64,000 nucleotides of DNA from an uncultured Planctomycetales bacterium (GTDB lineage: Bacteria; Omnitrophota; Gorgyraeia; Zapsychrales; Fredricksoniimonadaceae), in assembly GCA_964483785.1 (NCBI GenBank), contig CAZACW010000004.1:6794-70793 (forward strand). Reading direction: 5' to 3'. A model generated the notes under the pieces. It searched no databases and was not told the DNA's origin. It saw only the letters and a program-made list of their open reading frames with translations. A program made the position numbers and the translations under genes. Positions 29,321 to 38,084 of this stretch are shown here, piece by piece (position 1 is the first letter of the stretch; each line of letters starts with the position of its first letter).

Positions 29321-29359
29321 AAAAAACCATCACAACCCCGGGGGTTGTGATGGTTTTTT
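29321..29359. repeat. REP-like palindrome with A/T tails (probable terminator)
   Basis: aaaaaaccatcacaaccccgggggttgtgatggtttttt, directly after the stop at 29362. Confidence 0.8.
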
Positions 29360-29361
29360 GA

Positions 29362-30039
29362 TCAGGCGCCTTGCTTGACTTCCGGAAATTTTTCTTCCAT
29401 ATATTTGACGCTTTCCTGCACGCTTTCCTTCATGAGAATGGGCAGGGTATTGATCAATTTCTTGCCCTCATCCGACCCGTAAAAAGAAATGAAAGCCTTC
29501 AGGTCATCACTGGAAAAATTGCGGTCATATAAAGGCAGAAGACGGTCAATGATTTCATCGACCTTGACGCGCTGGCGGATTTTTTGGGCCTCGTCCGGCT
29601 TTTCTTTTTCGATTTGTGAGAGCATCGCGTCAAAATTATTGATCAGGGCCTGGCGGGTGCCGAAGACCTCGATGAATTTCAAAATCAGGGCCTTTTTGTC
29701 AGGGTCCATGCTCCCGGCGGTATTGGCCGGCGCTGCTGTTTCCGTTGGCTGGGCCGCGGCGTCAGGGGCCTCCGGCGCTGCTGCTGCGGGTGCCGCCGGT
29801 GCAGCCGCCGGTGCGGCGGCTGCGGCCCCAAAGGCCTGCCCGTCGACGTCCTTGATTTCGTCGGCATAATAGGTCATGGTGACCCCGTCCACGCTGATCT
29901 GCAGGCTTTTATTGTCCTGCTTGATGATATCGCCCTGCACCGAACGTCCGTCGTTAAGATTGACCGTCACGGCCAAGGCCAAGGCCGGCGGGCAGATTAA
30001 AAAAACAGAGATCAAGGCCGTTCCTAAAAAATTGCGCAT
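29362..30039 (-). CDS. Exported DUF2059-like protein with Ala/Pro linker
   Basis: Signal peptide from MRNFLG, AP-rich linker and YDRNFSSDDLKAFISFYGSDEGKK. Confidence 0.72.
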   Translation of the reverse strand: MRNFLGTALISVFLICPPALALAVTVNLNDGRSVQGDIIKQDNKSLQISVDGVTMTYYADEIKDVDGQAFGAAAAAPAAAPAAPAAAAPEAPDAAAQPTETAAPANTAGSMDPDKKALILKFIEVFGTRQALINNFDAMLSQIEKEKPDEAQKIRQRVKVDEIIDRLLPLYDRNFSSDDLKAFISFYGSDEGKKLINTLPILMKESVQESVKYMEEKFPEVKQGA

Positions 30040-30115
30040 AAAAACCTCTTTCTTAATAAAGAAGGGATATAAGGAATATTTGTGATAAACCAAGCTGTAT
30101 GATACACTATCGGCC

Positions 30116-31198
30116 ATGATTGAGCAAATACGAAAAAATATTGACCGCAGCCTTTCCTCGTTTCTTGACACGGTCAAGCGCGACTACAAACTGCATTTGG
30201 TCTCTCCCATCCTGTTTGAGAGCATCCGCGAATTCACCCTGCGGGAAGGCAAGCGCCTGCGGCCCCTGCTTTTGGTCTTGACCTACAAAGGCTATGCCCC
30301 GGCCTCCAAAAAAATTTCCCGCAAGCTCTACAACGCCTCCACCTGCATGGAATTCCTGCACAATTTCATGCTGATCCACGACGATATCATCGACCGCTCG
30401 GACCTGCGCCGCGGCCGGCCCACCATGCACAAGGTGCTGGAAGCCACGGTCAAAAGCAGCGCCCCGCAAAAATTGGGCATCGATTTGGGGATCATCGCCG
30501 GGGACATTGTCTATGCCCTGGCCATCGACGCCTTTCTGTCCATCGACGAGAAGCTCCAGCGCAAGGAGCGGGCCCTGAAATATTTCATCCAGACCGCGGC
30601 CTTCACGGCCATGGGCGAATTCATCGACACGGTCAGCGGCGTCAAGCCCATCGCCGAGGTGGATGAAAAAGAGGTCTTTCTCAATTACACCCTCAAGACC
30701 GCCCGCTACACCTTTGACTGCCCCATGGTCACCGGCGCCATCCTCTCCGGCGCCGACGACCGCGAAATCGAAAAAATATCGCGCTTCGGCATCCTCATCG
30801 GCCAGGCCTTCCAGGTGCAGGATGATATCATCGGGATCTTTGAGACCGAGGCCAATATCGGCAAATCCATTTTAAGCGATCTGGCGGAAGGCAAGAAAAC
30901 CCTGCTGGTGACCCATGCCTTCAGTGTTTTGCCTAAAAGGCCACGGGCCAGGTTCTTGAAGATCTTCGCCAAGAAAACCAAGACGCTCAAAGACCTGGAA
31001 ACAGTCAAAAAAATCTTTGTAGAGGCCAAAAGCCTGGATTACGCTTTAAACGCCATTAACCGCAGGCTCGACGAAGCGCAGACAATCCTCGAGGCCTTAA
31101 AAATGAACCCCGAATCCAAGGGCCTGCTGAAAGCTTCCCTGCTTAAACTCTTCAACCATTCCCAAAGGATCGCCGCCTCATATCAAGCGGCTGGATAA
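30116..31198 (+). CDS. Polyprenyl diphosphate synthase
   Basis: GKRLRP, LIHDDIIDRSDLRRG and FQVQDDIIG motifs. Confidence 0.93.
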   Translation: MIEQIRKNIDRSLSSFLDTVKRDYKLHLVSPILFESIREFTLREGKRLRPLLLVLTYKGYAPASKKISRKLYNASTCMEFLHNFMLIHDDIIDRSDLRRGRPTMHKVLEATVKSSAPQKLGIDLGIIAGDIVYALAIDAFLSIDEKLQRKERALKYFIQTAAFTAMGEFIDTVSGVKPIAEVDEKEVFLNYTLKTARYTFDCPMVTGAILSGADDREIEKISRFGILIGQAFQVQDDIIGIFETEANIGKSILSDLAEGKKTLLVTHAFSVLPKRPRARFLKIFAKKTKTLKDLETVKKIFVEAKSLDYALNAINRRLDEAQTILEALKMNPESKGLLKASLLKLFNHSQRIAASYQAAG

Positions 31199-32263
31199 TT
31201 CATCCAGCACCAGGCGGCCGCGGCCGGTGGCCTGCAAACGGCCGTCCTTTAAAACGAAAAATCCGTCGCGGATCCAGTCCTTGACCTTGGACTGCCTGTC
31301 TTGCGGCAATAAATCCCAGGGCACGCCCTCATTCATTCTCAGGCCAAAAAGCACCTGTTCCATCCGCCGCTGGTCCTCATTCAAATCCTCATGGCCTTCG
31401 CGCGCATCAGAGCCTTTGTCCATGCGCTCAAGATACTCCTTGAGCCGGGGCGTGTTCCAGTATCGGCGGCGTCCGTCGAAACCATGGGCGCCGACCCCAA
31501 GGCCGATATAGGCGCCGCCCTGCCAGTAATTCCGGTTATGCCGGGATTCAAAACCCGGCCTGGAAAAATTGCTGATCTCATACTGCGCAAAGCCGCTTTC
31601 AGAGAGCATGGTTTCGATCAGCTGAAAATGTCCGGCCAGGGTTTCCTCATCATCTAATTTCATCTGCACGGCGCCGAAGCGGCTGTCAGGCTCAATGGTC
31701 AGGGCATACAGGGAGATATGCTTAGGATCCAGGGCCGTAATGGCCCGGACATCCTGCTGTAAATCCTGGCGCGTCTGGCCCGGAAACGCATACATTAAAT
31801 CCACATTGATATTGCTCAATCCCGCTTCGCGCACGATGGCCACGGCCTCTCTGGCGCGCGCGGGCCCATGGCCCCTTCCTAAAAATTTCAGATACCGCGC
31901 GTCCATGCTTTGCACCCCTAAGCTGACGCGGTTAAACCCAAATTTTTTAAAAATCGCGGCTTTCGCGGCATCGATGCTTTCGGGATTGGCTTCGATGGAT
32001 ATTTCCGCATCGGCATCGATCACAAAATTTTTCCGGACCGCCTCCATCAATATTTCAAAATGATTTTCTTCAAGCAGACTCGGGGTGCCGCCTCCGCAAT
32101 AAAGCGTCTTCAGGCGCTGACCCTGGTGCGGCCCCATTTCTTGGACCAGGGCCCGCACATACTCTTCCCGTCGGTGTTCCTGGCCCACGGCGATGGTGAA
32201 CGAACAGAAGAGACATTTGCGGCTGCAGAAGGGAAGATGGATGTACAACGAGGCAGGCGGCAT
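31178..32263 (-). CDS. hemW: Radical SAM heme chaperone HemW (HemN-like)
   Basis: LYIHLPFCSRKCLFC, GGGTPS, YEISNF and HNRNYW motifs. Confidence 0.9.
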   Translation of the reverse strand: MPPASLYIHLPFCSRKCLFCSFTIAVGQEHRREEYVRALVQEMGPHQGQRLKTLYCGGGTPSLLEENHFEILMEAVRKNFVIDADAEISIEANPESIDAAKAAIFKKFGFNRVSLGVQSMDARYLKFLGRGHGPARAREAVAIVREAGLSNINVDLMYAFPGQTRQDLQQDVRAITALDPKHISLYALTIEPDSRFGAVQMKLDDEETLAGHFQLIETMLSESGFAQYEISNFSRPGFESRHNRNYWQGGAYIGLGVGAHGFDGRRRYWNTPRLKEYLERMDKGSDAREGHEDLNEDQRRMEQVLFGLRMNEGVPWDLLPQDRQSKVKDWIRDGFFVLKDGRLQATGRGRLVLDELSSRLI

Positions 32264-32284
32264 AAAAATTTATGAAAAAATTTT

Positions 32285-32312
32285 TTGCATATAAATGAAT
32301 TAATGGTAATAT
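32285..32312 (+). promoter_or_regulatory. Putative promoter of the Lys-rich mini-gene
   Basis: TTGCAT-N16-TAATAT with a TG extension, in an AT-rich segment. Confidence 0.5.
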
Positions 32313-32349
32313 CTTAATAACAAATCAATCTTTAAGAAAGGAGCTATTC

Positions 32350-32397
32350 ATGGCTACCAAGAAAAAAGCAAAAAAGAAAACAGCTAAGAAGAAATAA
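32350..32397 (+). CDS. 15-aa lysine-rich peptide MATKKKAKKKTAKKK
   Basis: Strong RBS AAAGGAG 6 nt before the ATG, an upstream promoter-like motif and a downstream terminator hairpin. Confidence 0.65.
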   Translation: MATKKKAKKKTAKKK

Positions 32398-32419
32398 CTG
32401 TTAGTGGATCAAGCATTTT

Positions 32420-32460
32420 CATAAAACCCTTTGAATGATTTCAGAGGGTTTTATGTTTGT
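32420..32460. terminator. Intrinsic terminator-like hairpin between the mini-gene and convergent tatC
   Basis: cataaaaccct...agggttttatg stem followed by tttgt. Confidence 0.65.
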
Positions 32461-32520
32461 GGCCTCCCTACCGGCCACTCCTTACGGTCGTGGTCTCCCT
32501 ACCGGCCACTCCCGACGGTC
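32459..32520. repeat. 31-bp tandem duplication overlapping the tatC 3' end
   Basis: gtggcctccctaccggccactccttacggtc followed by gtggtctccctaccggccactcccgacggtc. Confidence 0.7.
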
Positions 32521-33213
32521 GTAGAAAACCCCCACAAAAACAATTCCCAATTCATATAAGAGAAGCAGAGGCAGGGCCAGGACCATCATGGACACGATGT
32601 CCGGCGGGGCGAGCAAGGCCGCGACGACGAGGATGATCAGCACGGCGTGGCGCCTCATCTGGCGCAGGTATTCCGGCGAGGCGATGCCGATCTTGGCCAG
32701 AAAGGCCAGCACCAGAGGAAGCTCAAAGGCCGCACCGAAGGCCACGATCATGTGCCCCAAAAACCCGAGATAATTTTTGACCGTCACCATCGGCACCAGA
32801 TACGCGGAAGAAAAACCCATCAAGAATCCGTAGGCCCTGGGCACGGCGATGAAATACGCGAACGCGGCGCCTGCCAAAAAAAACAAAAGGGAGAGCGGTG
32901 CAAAAACCACGACGAATTTTTTTTCGGAAGGCTTGAGGGCCGAGGCCACAAAGGCCCAGGCCTGGTAACAAATAAACGGCGAGGCCAAAAGCAGGGCCAT
33001 GACCGTGCCCACCGTCATGTAGGTCGAAAACGCCTCCGTCGGCGCTGTAAACACCAGACGGCCGGCAGGCGCGATCAGCACCGGGATGAGCTTGCCGATA
33101 TACCCCCAGCAAAAACAGAAGGCCAGAACAAAAGCGCCCGCGGACTTTAATGTCCGCGAGCGCAATTCTTCCATGTGCTTGAAAAAGGACTGGAATAAGG
33201 ACTGAAACGTCAC
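32482..33213 (-). CDS. tatC: Twin-arginine translocase TatC
   Basis: HMEELRSR, YQAWAFVASAL, AFELP, PPDIVS and LLYELGI motifs. Confidence 0.93.
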   Translation of the reverse strand: MTFQSLFQSFFKHMEELRSRTLKSAGAFVLAFCFCWGYIGKLIPVLIAPAGRLVFTAPTEAFSTYMTVGTVMALLLASPFICYQAWAFVASALKPSEKKFVVVFAPLSLLFFLAGAAFAYFIAVPRAYGFLMGFSSAYLVPMVTVKNYLGFLGHMIVAFGAAFELPLVLAFLAKIGIASPEYLRQMRRHAVLIILVVAALLAPPDIVSMMVLALPLLLLYELGIVFVGVFYDRREWPVGRPRP

Positions 33214-33383
33214 TTGGCGCCGGGTTCGACGGGCTTTTTGATTTCCTCTTCGGCCCCCTGCAGGTTCTTTTTGAATTCACGGATGGCGCGGCCCAGGGAA
33301 GCCCCCACTTCCGGCAGTTTCTGGGCGCCGAACAGAAGAATAAACACGGCCAAGATCAATATCAATTCAGGCAAACGTCCCAT
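33210..33383 (-). CDS. tatA: Twin-arginine translocase TatA/E
   Basis: Not in the ORF track (57 aa): MGRLPELILILAVFILLFGAQKLPEVGASLGRAIREFKK...; AGGAG RBS; GTGA overlap with tatC. Confidence 0.92.
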   Translation of the reverse strand: MGRLPELILILAVFILLFGAQKLPEVGASLGRAIREFKKNLQGAEEEIKKPVEPGAK

Positions 33384-33458
33384 AAACGGTCTCCTTTGGG
33401 AATTTATGTTCTATTGGCTGGTATTTTATAAGGAATGGCGCCGGGCGACAAGGAAAAT

Positions 33459-35177
33459 TTATTTCTGGGCCTGCAGTTTTTTGACCTTGTCCTGCAAAGC
33501 ATCGACTTGGTTTTGTAACCCATTGACCTGCGCTTTTAGCTCCTTGATGGACTGCAGAAGGACTGCGGAGAATTTACCGTAATCAATGCCCAGATATTCC
33601 TGCCCGTTGATCTTGTTGGAGGCCACCAATTCCGGATAAACCTTCTGCAGTTCCTGGGCAAGCAAGCCGATGCTTTTTTGGCCTGGCTTAAGTCCTATGT
33701 TACGGGACAACTGGTTCCATTCAAAGGACACGCCATGCAATTGGTTGATTTTGGACAATGTATCCGGCAATGAAACTATGTTCTGTTTTAAACGCATGTC
33801 CGAAGCGCCGGTGACGGTGCCTGAGGCCCAAATATTGCCCGTAACGCTCATGTTACCCGTCTGGTTATAGCTGCCGTTAACGATTAAATTGCTGTTGAGA
33901 TTAAGGTTATTGAGAGTGTCAAATAAAGCTTGGCTGGCAGGGTTATTAGCGACACGAAAAACTATATCGTTTCCTGCCGGCCGGTTTAAATAAAGATGCT
34001 GGTCCGTAGGACTGCTCAAAATATTGTATTGGACGCATCCAGCCGAGGTGGCGGTCTGCCCCAGCGTCAAGCCCACATAATTAGGACCGCAGCCCGCGGT
34101 CCCGATTTGGGCCACGCCTGTTCCCTCGCCTTTGACAGAGAGCGTATTGATGGGAGATGCATAGTCAATGCCTAAATTGCCGCTGCCATTGACATAAAGG
34201 CTGTTGGCCGGAGCATTCCAGGCCACGCCAAACTGAGAAGTAGCGCTGCCCATATCAAAAAAACCGAAATTATAACTCGCATCATAACCCAACACCATCT
34301 GCCGGCACCCTGCCGGACAGGTTGCCCCGGAAGTCCTGCCTATGGACACCTGCCCATTGACTGCGGCGGGGGCATTAAATGCGCCGACCTGGAGCATGTA
34401 GGCAGGGGCAGTTGCCCCGATGCCGACATTGCCGTTGGTGTCGATGCGCATGCGTTCTGTGGGCGTTCCGCCGGGCGATGAGTTCGTACTGGGCGAGGTT
34501 GAAAATGTCAGAAACCCGCCCCATCCCCCGGAATCAACTCCGCTGATTTGGGCCATATTAAGGACATCATTATTGTTGGTAAAAAGAATGGAGCTTCCAT
34601 TGCCGCCATTTCCGTTCACAGAATTTAATCTAAGCAAGTTCCCTAAAGTGGCGTTGCCGGTATCATGGGTGATTTCCAACGAAGCTTGGGGTGTTGTATT
34701 ATTCCCAATGCCGACATTGTTTAAGTAGGTCCCGAAGACCAATTGGGCCGCAGGATTGGTGCCAATGACAAAGGGTGATCCCGCAGGACCATTCAGGTTA
34801 AATACCCTAAATCCCGCATCAGCGGCATCTCCGTCCCAATTTAAATAGACATTAAATATATTCCATTGGCCGGTCAAATCAAGGTTTCCCGTAGCACCGT
34901 CCATGAAAAACGTCCATGGGCTATCAAAATTATTTCCGATGGTCAATGGAGTCCCCCAAGTGGCCGTGGGTGATTCCAGAACAGATGAACCTAAAACATC
35001 CAGCACGTCCGTCCCGACAAAGGTGCCGATGCCGACATTATTGGAAGAAAGGTGATTGTAATTGCCGCTGGGGGCAGGGTAATACGTGGTGAGGGTGGTC
35101 GTTCCGGCATAGACCGCAAGAGCGCCAAGCATTAAAAAAGCCGCTGTGCTAAACAAAAGGCCAAGCTTTTTCATCAA
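33459..35177 (-). CDS. Exported tail-fibre-like protein with C-terminal peptidase S74 (intramolecular chaperone) domain
   Basis: Signal peptide, LTTYYPAP motif, repeated NVGIG units, SDMRLKQNI...GLLAQEL...YPELV...IDY and a terminal coiled coil. Confidence 0.82.
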   Translation of the reverse strand: MMKKLGLLFSTAAFLMLGALAVYAGTTTLTTYYPAPSGNYNHLSSNNVGIGTFVGTDVLDVLGSSVLESPTATWGTPLTIGNNFDSPWTFFMDGATGNLDLTGQWNIFNVYLNWDGDAADAGFRVFNLNGPAGSPFVIGTNPAAQLVFGTYLNNVGIGNNTTPQASLEITHDTGNATLGNLLRLNSVNGNGGNGSSILFTNNNDVLNMAQISGVDSGGWGGFLTFSTSPSTNSSPGGTPTERMRIDTNGNVGIGATAPAYMLQVGAFNAPAAVNGQVSIGRTSGATCPAGCRQMVLGYDASYNFGFFDMGSATSQFGVAWNAPANSLYVNGSGNLGIDYASPINTLSVKGEGTGVAQIGTAGCGPNYVGLTLGQTATSAGCVQYNILSSPTDQHLYLNRPAGNDIVFRVANNPASQALFDTLNNLNLNSNLIVNGSYNQTGNMSVTGNIWASGTVTGASDMRLKQNIVSLPDTLSKINQLHGVSFEWNQLSRNIGLKPGQKSIGLLAQELQKVYPELVASNKINGQEYLGIDYGKFSAVLLQSIKELKAQVNGLQNQVDALQDKVKKLQAQK

Positions 35178-35313
35178 TTCTAATATACCCTATTTAGAGG
35201 ATTGAAGCAAGTAATCCCGGTTTTAATTAGGAAACCCTTTCAAGGCCGGTCAAAGAGCGTCACGGCGCTTTCTTGATTGCCATATCTTCTTTTCTCATAT
35301 AAACTTAGCTCTT

Positions 35314-36357
35314 ATGACCCCAACTCTTTTCAGGCCTTTGGCCCGCTTAAATGCCGATAATCTGTATTTTGACCAGAGGAAATTTGACCCTACCCATCAA
35401 GAAATCACCAAGGTCTGCGCTTTCTTCGGATTGGGTAGACTCCAAGGGTTTGAAAAGGAGAAAAACATCGCGTTTTCCCATTCCAATTTCATTGTTTTTG
35501 CCCAAACATCTAAAGGCTGCTTTGCCCTCAAATTTTATCCGCCGTATGCGCTTCAATCCATCAAAACAGAATGGGTCATCAACCAAATCCTCATCAGACA
35601 GAGTTTCCCCACCCCAGCCATGTACTCAAACCCGGGGAAGGGCCCTTGCATTGCGTGCCATGGCCGGCTGGCCGCCTGTTATTCCTATATAAAGGGACAA
35701 CCCGCCTGGCAAATTTTAAACAAACGGGGTCTTTTCCCTAATATAATCGGAATACTCTTTGTTCTAAAGAATCTCTTGTCCCGCCATGCCGCCAAAATCC
35801 CTTTACCATTCTCAAAGGACCTGGCCTTGACGATCAGCGATTTGACCCGGGAATCTAAGGATCTTATGCCTTATGATCATCAAGAACTGGTTCAATCCAT
35901 CTTGATCAACAGTTTGAAAAGCTTTCGCCAAAACCGGGGTTCGTTCATCTGCCAAGGGCTCCATAATAATGCTTCATTATCCAATTTCATCCTTAACGCC
36001 AAAGGCCTTTATGCCTTGGACCTGGCCCACGTCCAAGAAGACTATAGAGGCAAGGACCTTGTCTCTTTATGCGTTTCCTGTCTGTTCTTTGGACTTTCCC
36101 AAGGGGCCATCAGGACCATCGTCAAACAATACTTCCTCATCCATGGCCTAAAGCCGGAATATCATACGGTATTTCAAACGCTTTTCGATGTGGATTTGAT
36201 TAAGGAATATTTAAAAAATGTCCGGCGCGAAAAGGCCGTGGATGGCCAACAAGCATCGCAATATATCCGCCAATACCGCTTGGCACTCGCCCAACGAAAA
36301 AAATCGATCACCGGCCTATGGAAGAAATCCAGCAGATCTGCCGCTTTTTTGATTTAG
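35314..36357 (+). CDS. APH/homoserine kinase type II-like phosphotransferase-fold protein
   Basis: FALKFY, FPTP, LHNNASLSN and ALDL...DLVSL; the catalytic Asp position is atypical. Confidence 0.65.
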   Translation: MTPTLFRPLARLNADNLYFDQRKFDPTHQEITKVCAFFGLGRLQGFEKEKNIAFSHSNFIVFAQTSKGCFALKFYPPYALQSIKTEWVINQILIRQSFPTPAMYSNPGKGPCIACHGRLAACYSYIKGQPAWQILNKRGLFPNIIGILFVLKNLLSRHAAKIPLPFSKDLALTISDLTRESKDLMPYDHQELVQSILINSLKSFRQNRGSFICQGLHNNASLSNFILNAKGLYALDLAHVQEDYRGKDLVSLCVSCLFFGLSQGAIRTIVKQYFLIHGLKPEYHTVFQTLFDVDLIKEYLKNVRREKAVDGQQASQYIRQYRLALAQRKKSITGLWKKSSRSAAFLI

Positions 36358-37265
36358 GCAGGCCCTTGCATTTTGAAAACAAAATGAGCGGGCTTCCCCA
36401 TGCCCATGGCCTGGGCCTGGCCAAGACTTCCAAGGGAAAATTTGTCATTAAATGTTATCCGGCTTATGCGGCCCAAAGAATCAGCTTGGAATACGCCATC
36501 AACCGCATCTTGACCCAACGCCGTTTCCCGACTCCGGCCATGCATGCGGGCCCGCCGCATCGTCCATTTTGCAGGATCAGCCACCAGCTCTTTTGCTGCT
36601 ACGATTTTATCGACGGTGACCATGCCTGGCAAAGCATCCAAAGCAGGGACACCTTCCGCCAGATCAATGGCAACTTGATCGGCATCAAAAACACCCTTGC
36701 TCCGCTTAAAGGACGCCTGCCTTTTTTAAGGCAGGAAAGCCTGGCGGCCAAGATCAAGGACCTGTCCCAAAAATCTAAAATCTTAAAAACCTATGACCAC
36801 AAAAATTTGATCGAAGGCCACTTGAAAAACATATGCCGCGCCTTTGAAAGTCAGCGCCGCGCCTTTGCCCGGCAATGGCTGCACAATTGCGCCACCCTGA
36901 CCAATTTTCTAAAATTCAAAAGCAAAATCTATGTGATTGATCTGGAACACGTACGTGAGGATTATGTTCTGGCGGACCTGGCCAGCCTTGTTTTGTCCTG
37001 CCTGTCGGTGGATGTCAAAAAAGATGTTCCGCTGTTCACCATCCAGGCCGTGATCAAAGACCATTATGCCCAGCTGCGGCCGTCTGAAGAAGACCTGGCC
37101 GTTGTTCGTGCCCTCTTTTTGCTTGGCCTGGTCAAGGAATATCTGCATTACATCCGGGCATGCCGATTGCCTGGTCCTGCTTCACAACAGTTGAGTTTAA
37201 AACAAGCCCGCGCCTTCCATCTTTTGGCTGACTCCAAAGCCCTGACGAAATTATGGCTGCCTTGA
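36318..37265 (+). CDS. APH/homoserine kinase type II-like phosphotransferase-fold protein (paralogue)
   Basis: FVIKCY, FPTP, LHNCATLTN and VIDLE...DLASL; similar to the upstream ORF. Confidence 0.65.
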   Translation: MEEIQQICRFFDLGRPLHFENKMSGLPHAHGLGLAKTSKGKFVIKCYPAYAAQRISLEYAINRILTQRRFPTPAMHAGPPHRPFCRISHQLFCCYDFIDGDHAWQSIQSRDTFRQINGNLIGIKNTLAPLKGRLPFLRQESLAAKIKDLSQKSKILKTYDHKNLIEGHLKNICRAFESQRRAFARQWLHNCATLTNFLKFKSKIYVIDLEHVREDYVLADLASLVLSCLSVDVKKDVPLFTIQAVIKDHYAQLRPSEEDLAVVRALFLLGLVKEYLHYIRACRLPGPASQQLSLKQARAFHLLADSKALTKLWLP

Positions 37266-38075
37266 TTGTTCTGACCAAATGCCCTGCACAATCCGGCGTA
37301 ATTTTTGATCATCAGAACATGAGTCATTGTCATCGGCCGTCGCCGCCGAAGGCTTGGCCCTGTGACCATACGTCTTGATCAAGAGTTTCCTTACGACGGC
37401 AGGGACCTGCAGTTCACGGGGCGCGCCGCGCAAAGGAAAAAATTGCCCTGCTGACAGGGAACGCAGCGATGATTTGCCTATTTTTAGTTCATCAGGCATG
37501 GAAAGGGAAAGGGCAATCATTTCCTTGGTTAAAAAGGGAAAGACAAATTCCAATCCGTGGGCCTGGGCCGCCTGATGATGGGCCTCTTCATCAAGCTTGG
37601 TCCTTGCCAGGCGCGCTTCAAGGCCTCCGGGATAAGGCTTTAACGCATCATCCCCAAACCATTGGTCCGCCCCCATGCCGGAGATGAACACATCCCCGGC
37701 GATTTTGCGATCATATTTTTTTAAAGCCGCGTACACCACCGCCAAATCAAGATCCAGCAAAGGTTCCAGCGTCATACGCGCGACGGTCTCAAAGGCAGAT
37801 AAAAATTCAGCGGTCTTGACATGAAGGATATGATGCTGCAGTCCCGCTTCCCTGGCTGTCAAGGAAGCGCCGGCCACGGTCAACGGGTTAAAATCTTCAA
37901 ATTGGACGGTCACAGCCGCAACCTTGGCCCCTTGCCGCCGGGCCAAGGAAGCCATCAACAGCGAATCAAAACCGCCGCTGAACATCACCGCCCTGGGCCG
38001 GCCTTTGATATCACCCAAGGCATGTTCAAGGGCCTGTTGGAGCTGATCAGAAACTTGTTCAATGGGCGCGGGCAT
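37251..38075 (-). CDS. Asparagine synthase C-terminal-like ATP pyrophosphatase
   Basis: FSGGFDS PP-loop, SGMGADQWFG and FPFL; no glutaminase domain. Confidence 0.78.
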   Translation of the reverse strand: MPAPIEQVSDQLQQALEHALGDIKGRPRAVMFSGGFDSLLMASLARRQGAKVAAVTVQFEDFNPLTVAGASLTAREAGLQHHILHVKTAEFLSAFETVARMTLEPLLDLDLAVVYAALKKYDRKIAGDVFISGMGADQWFGDDALKPYPGGLEARLARTKLDEEAHHQAAQAHGLEFVFPFLTKEMIALSLSMPDELKIGKSSLRSLSAGQFFPLRGAPRELQVPAVVRKLLIKTYGHRAKPSAATADDNDSCSDDQKLRRIVQGIWSEQSRQP

Positions 38076-38084
38076 GGGGGCAGA

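Noticed and set aside
33459-35177. Prophage
   Set aside because: A single S74-domain gene with a signal peptide; no integrase, capsid or terminase nearby.
37251-38075. Lasso peptide cluster
   Set aside because: No transglutaminase-like B2 peptidase, RRE protein or lasso-type precursor is recognisable in the window.
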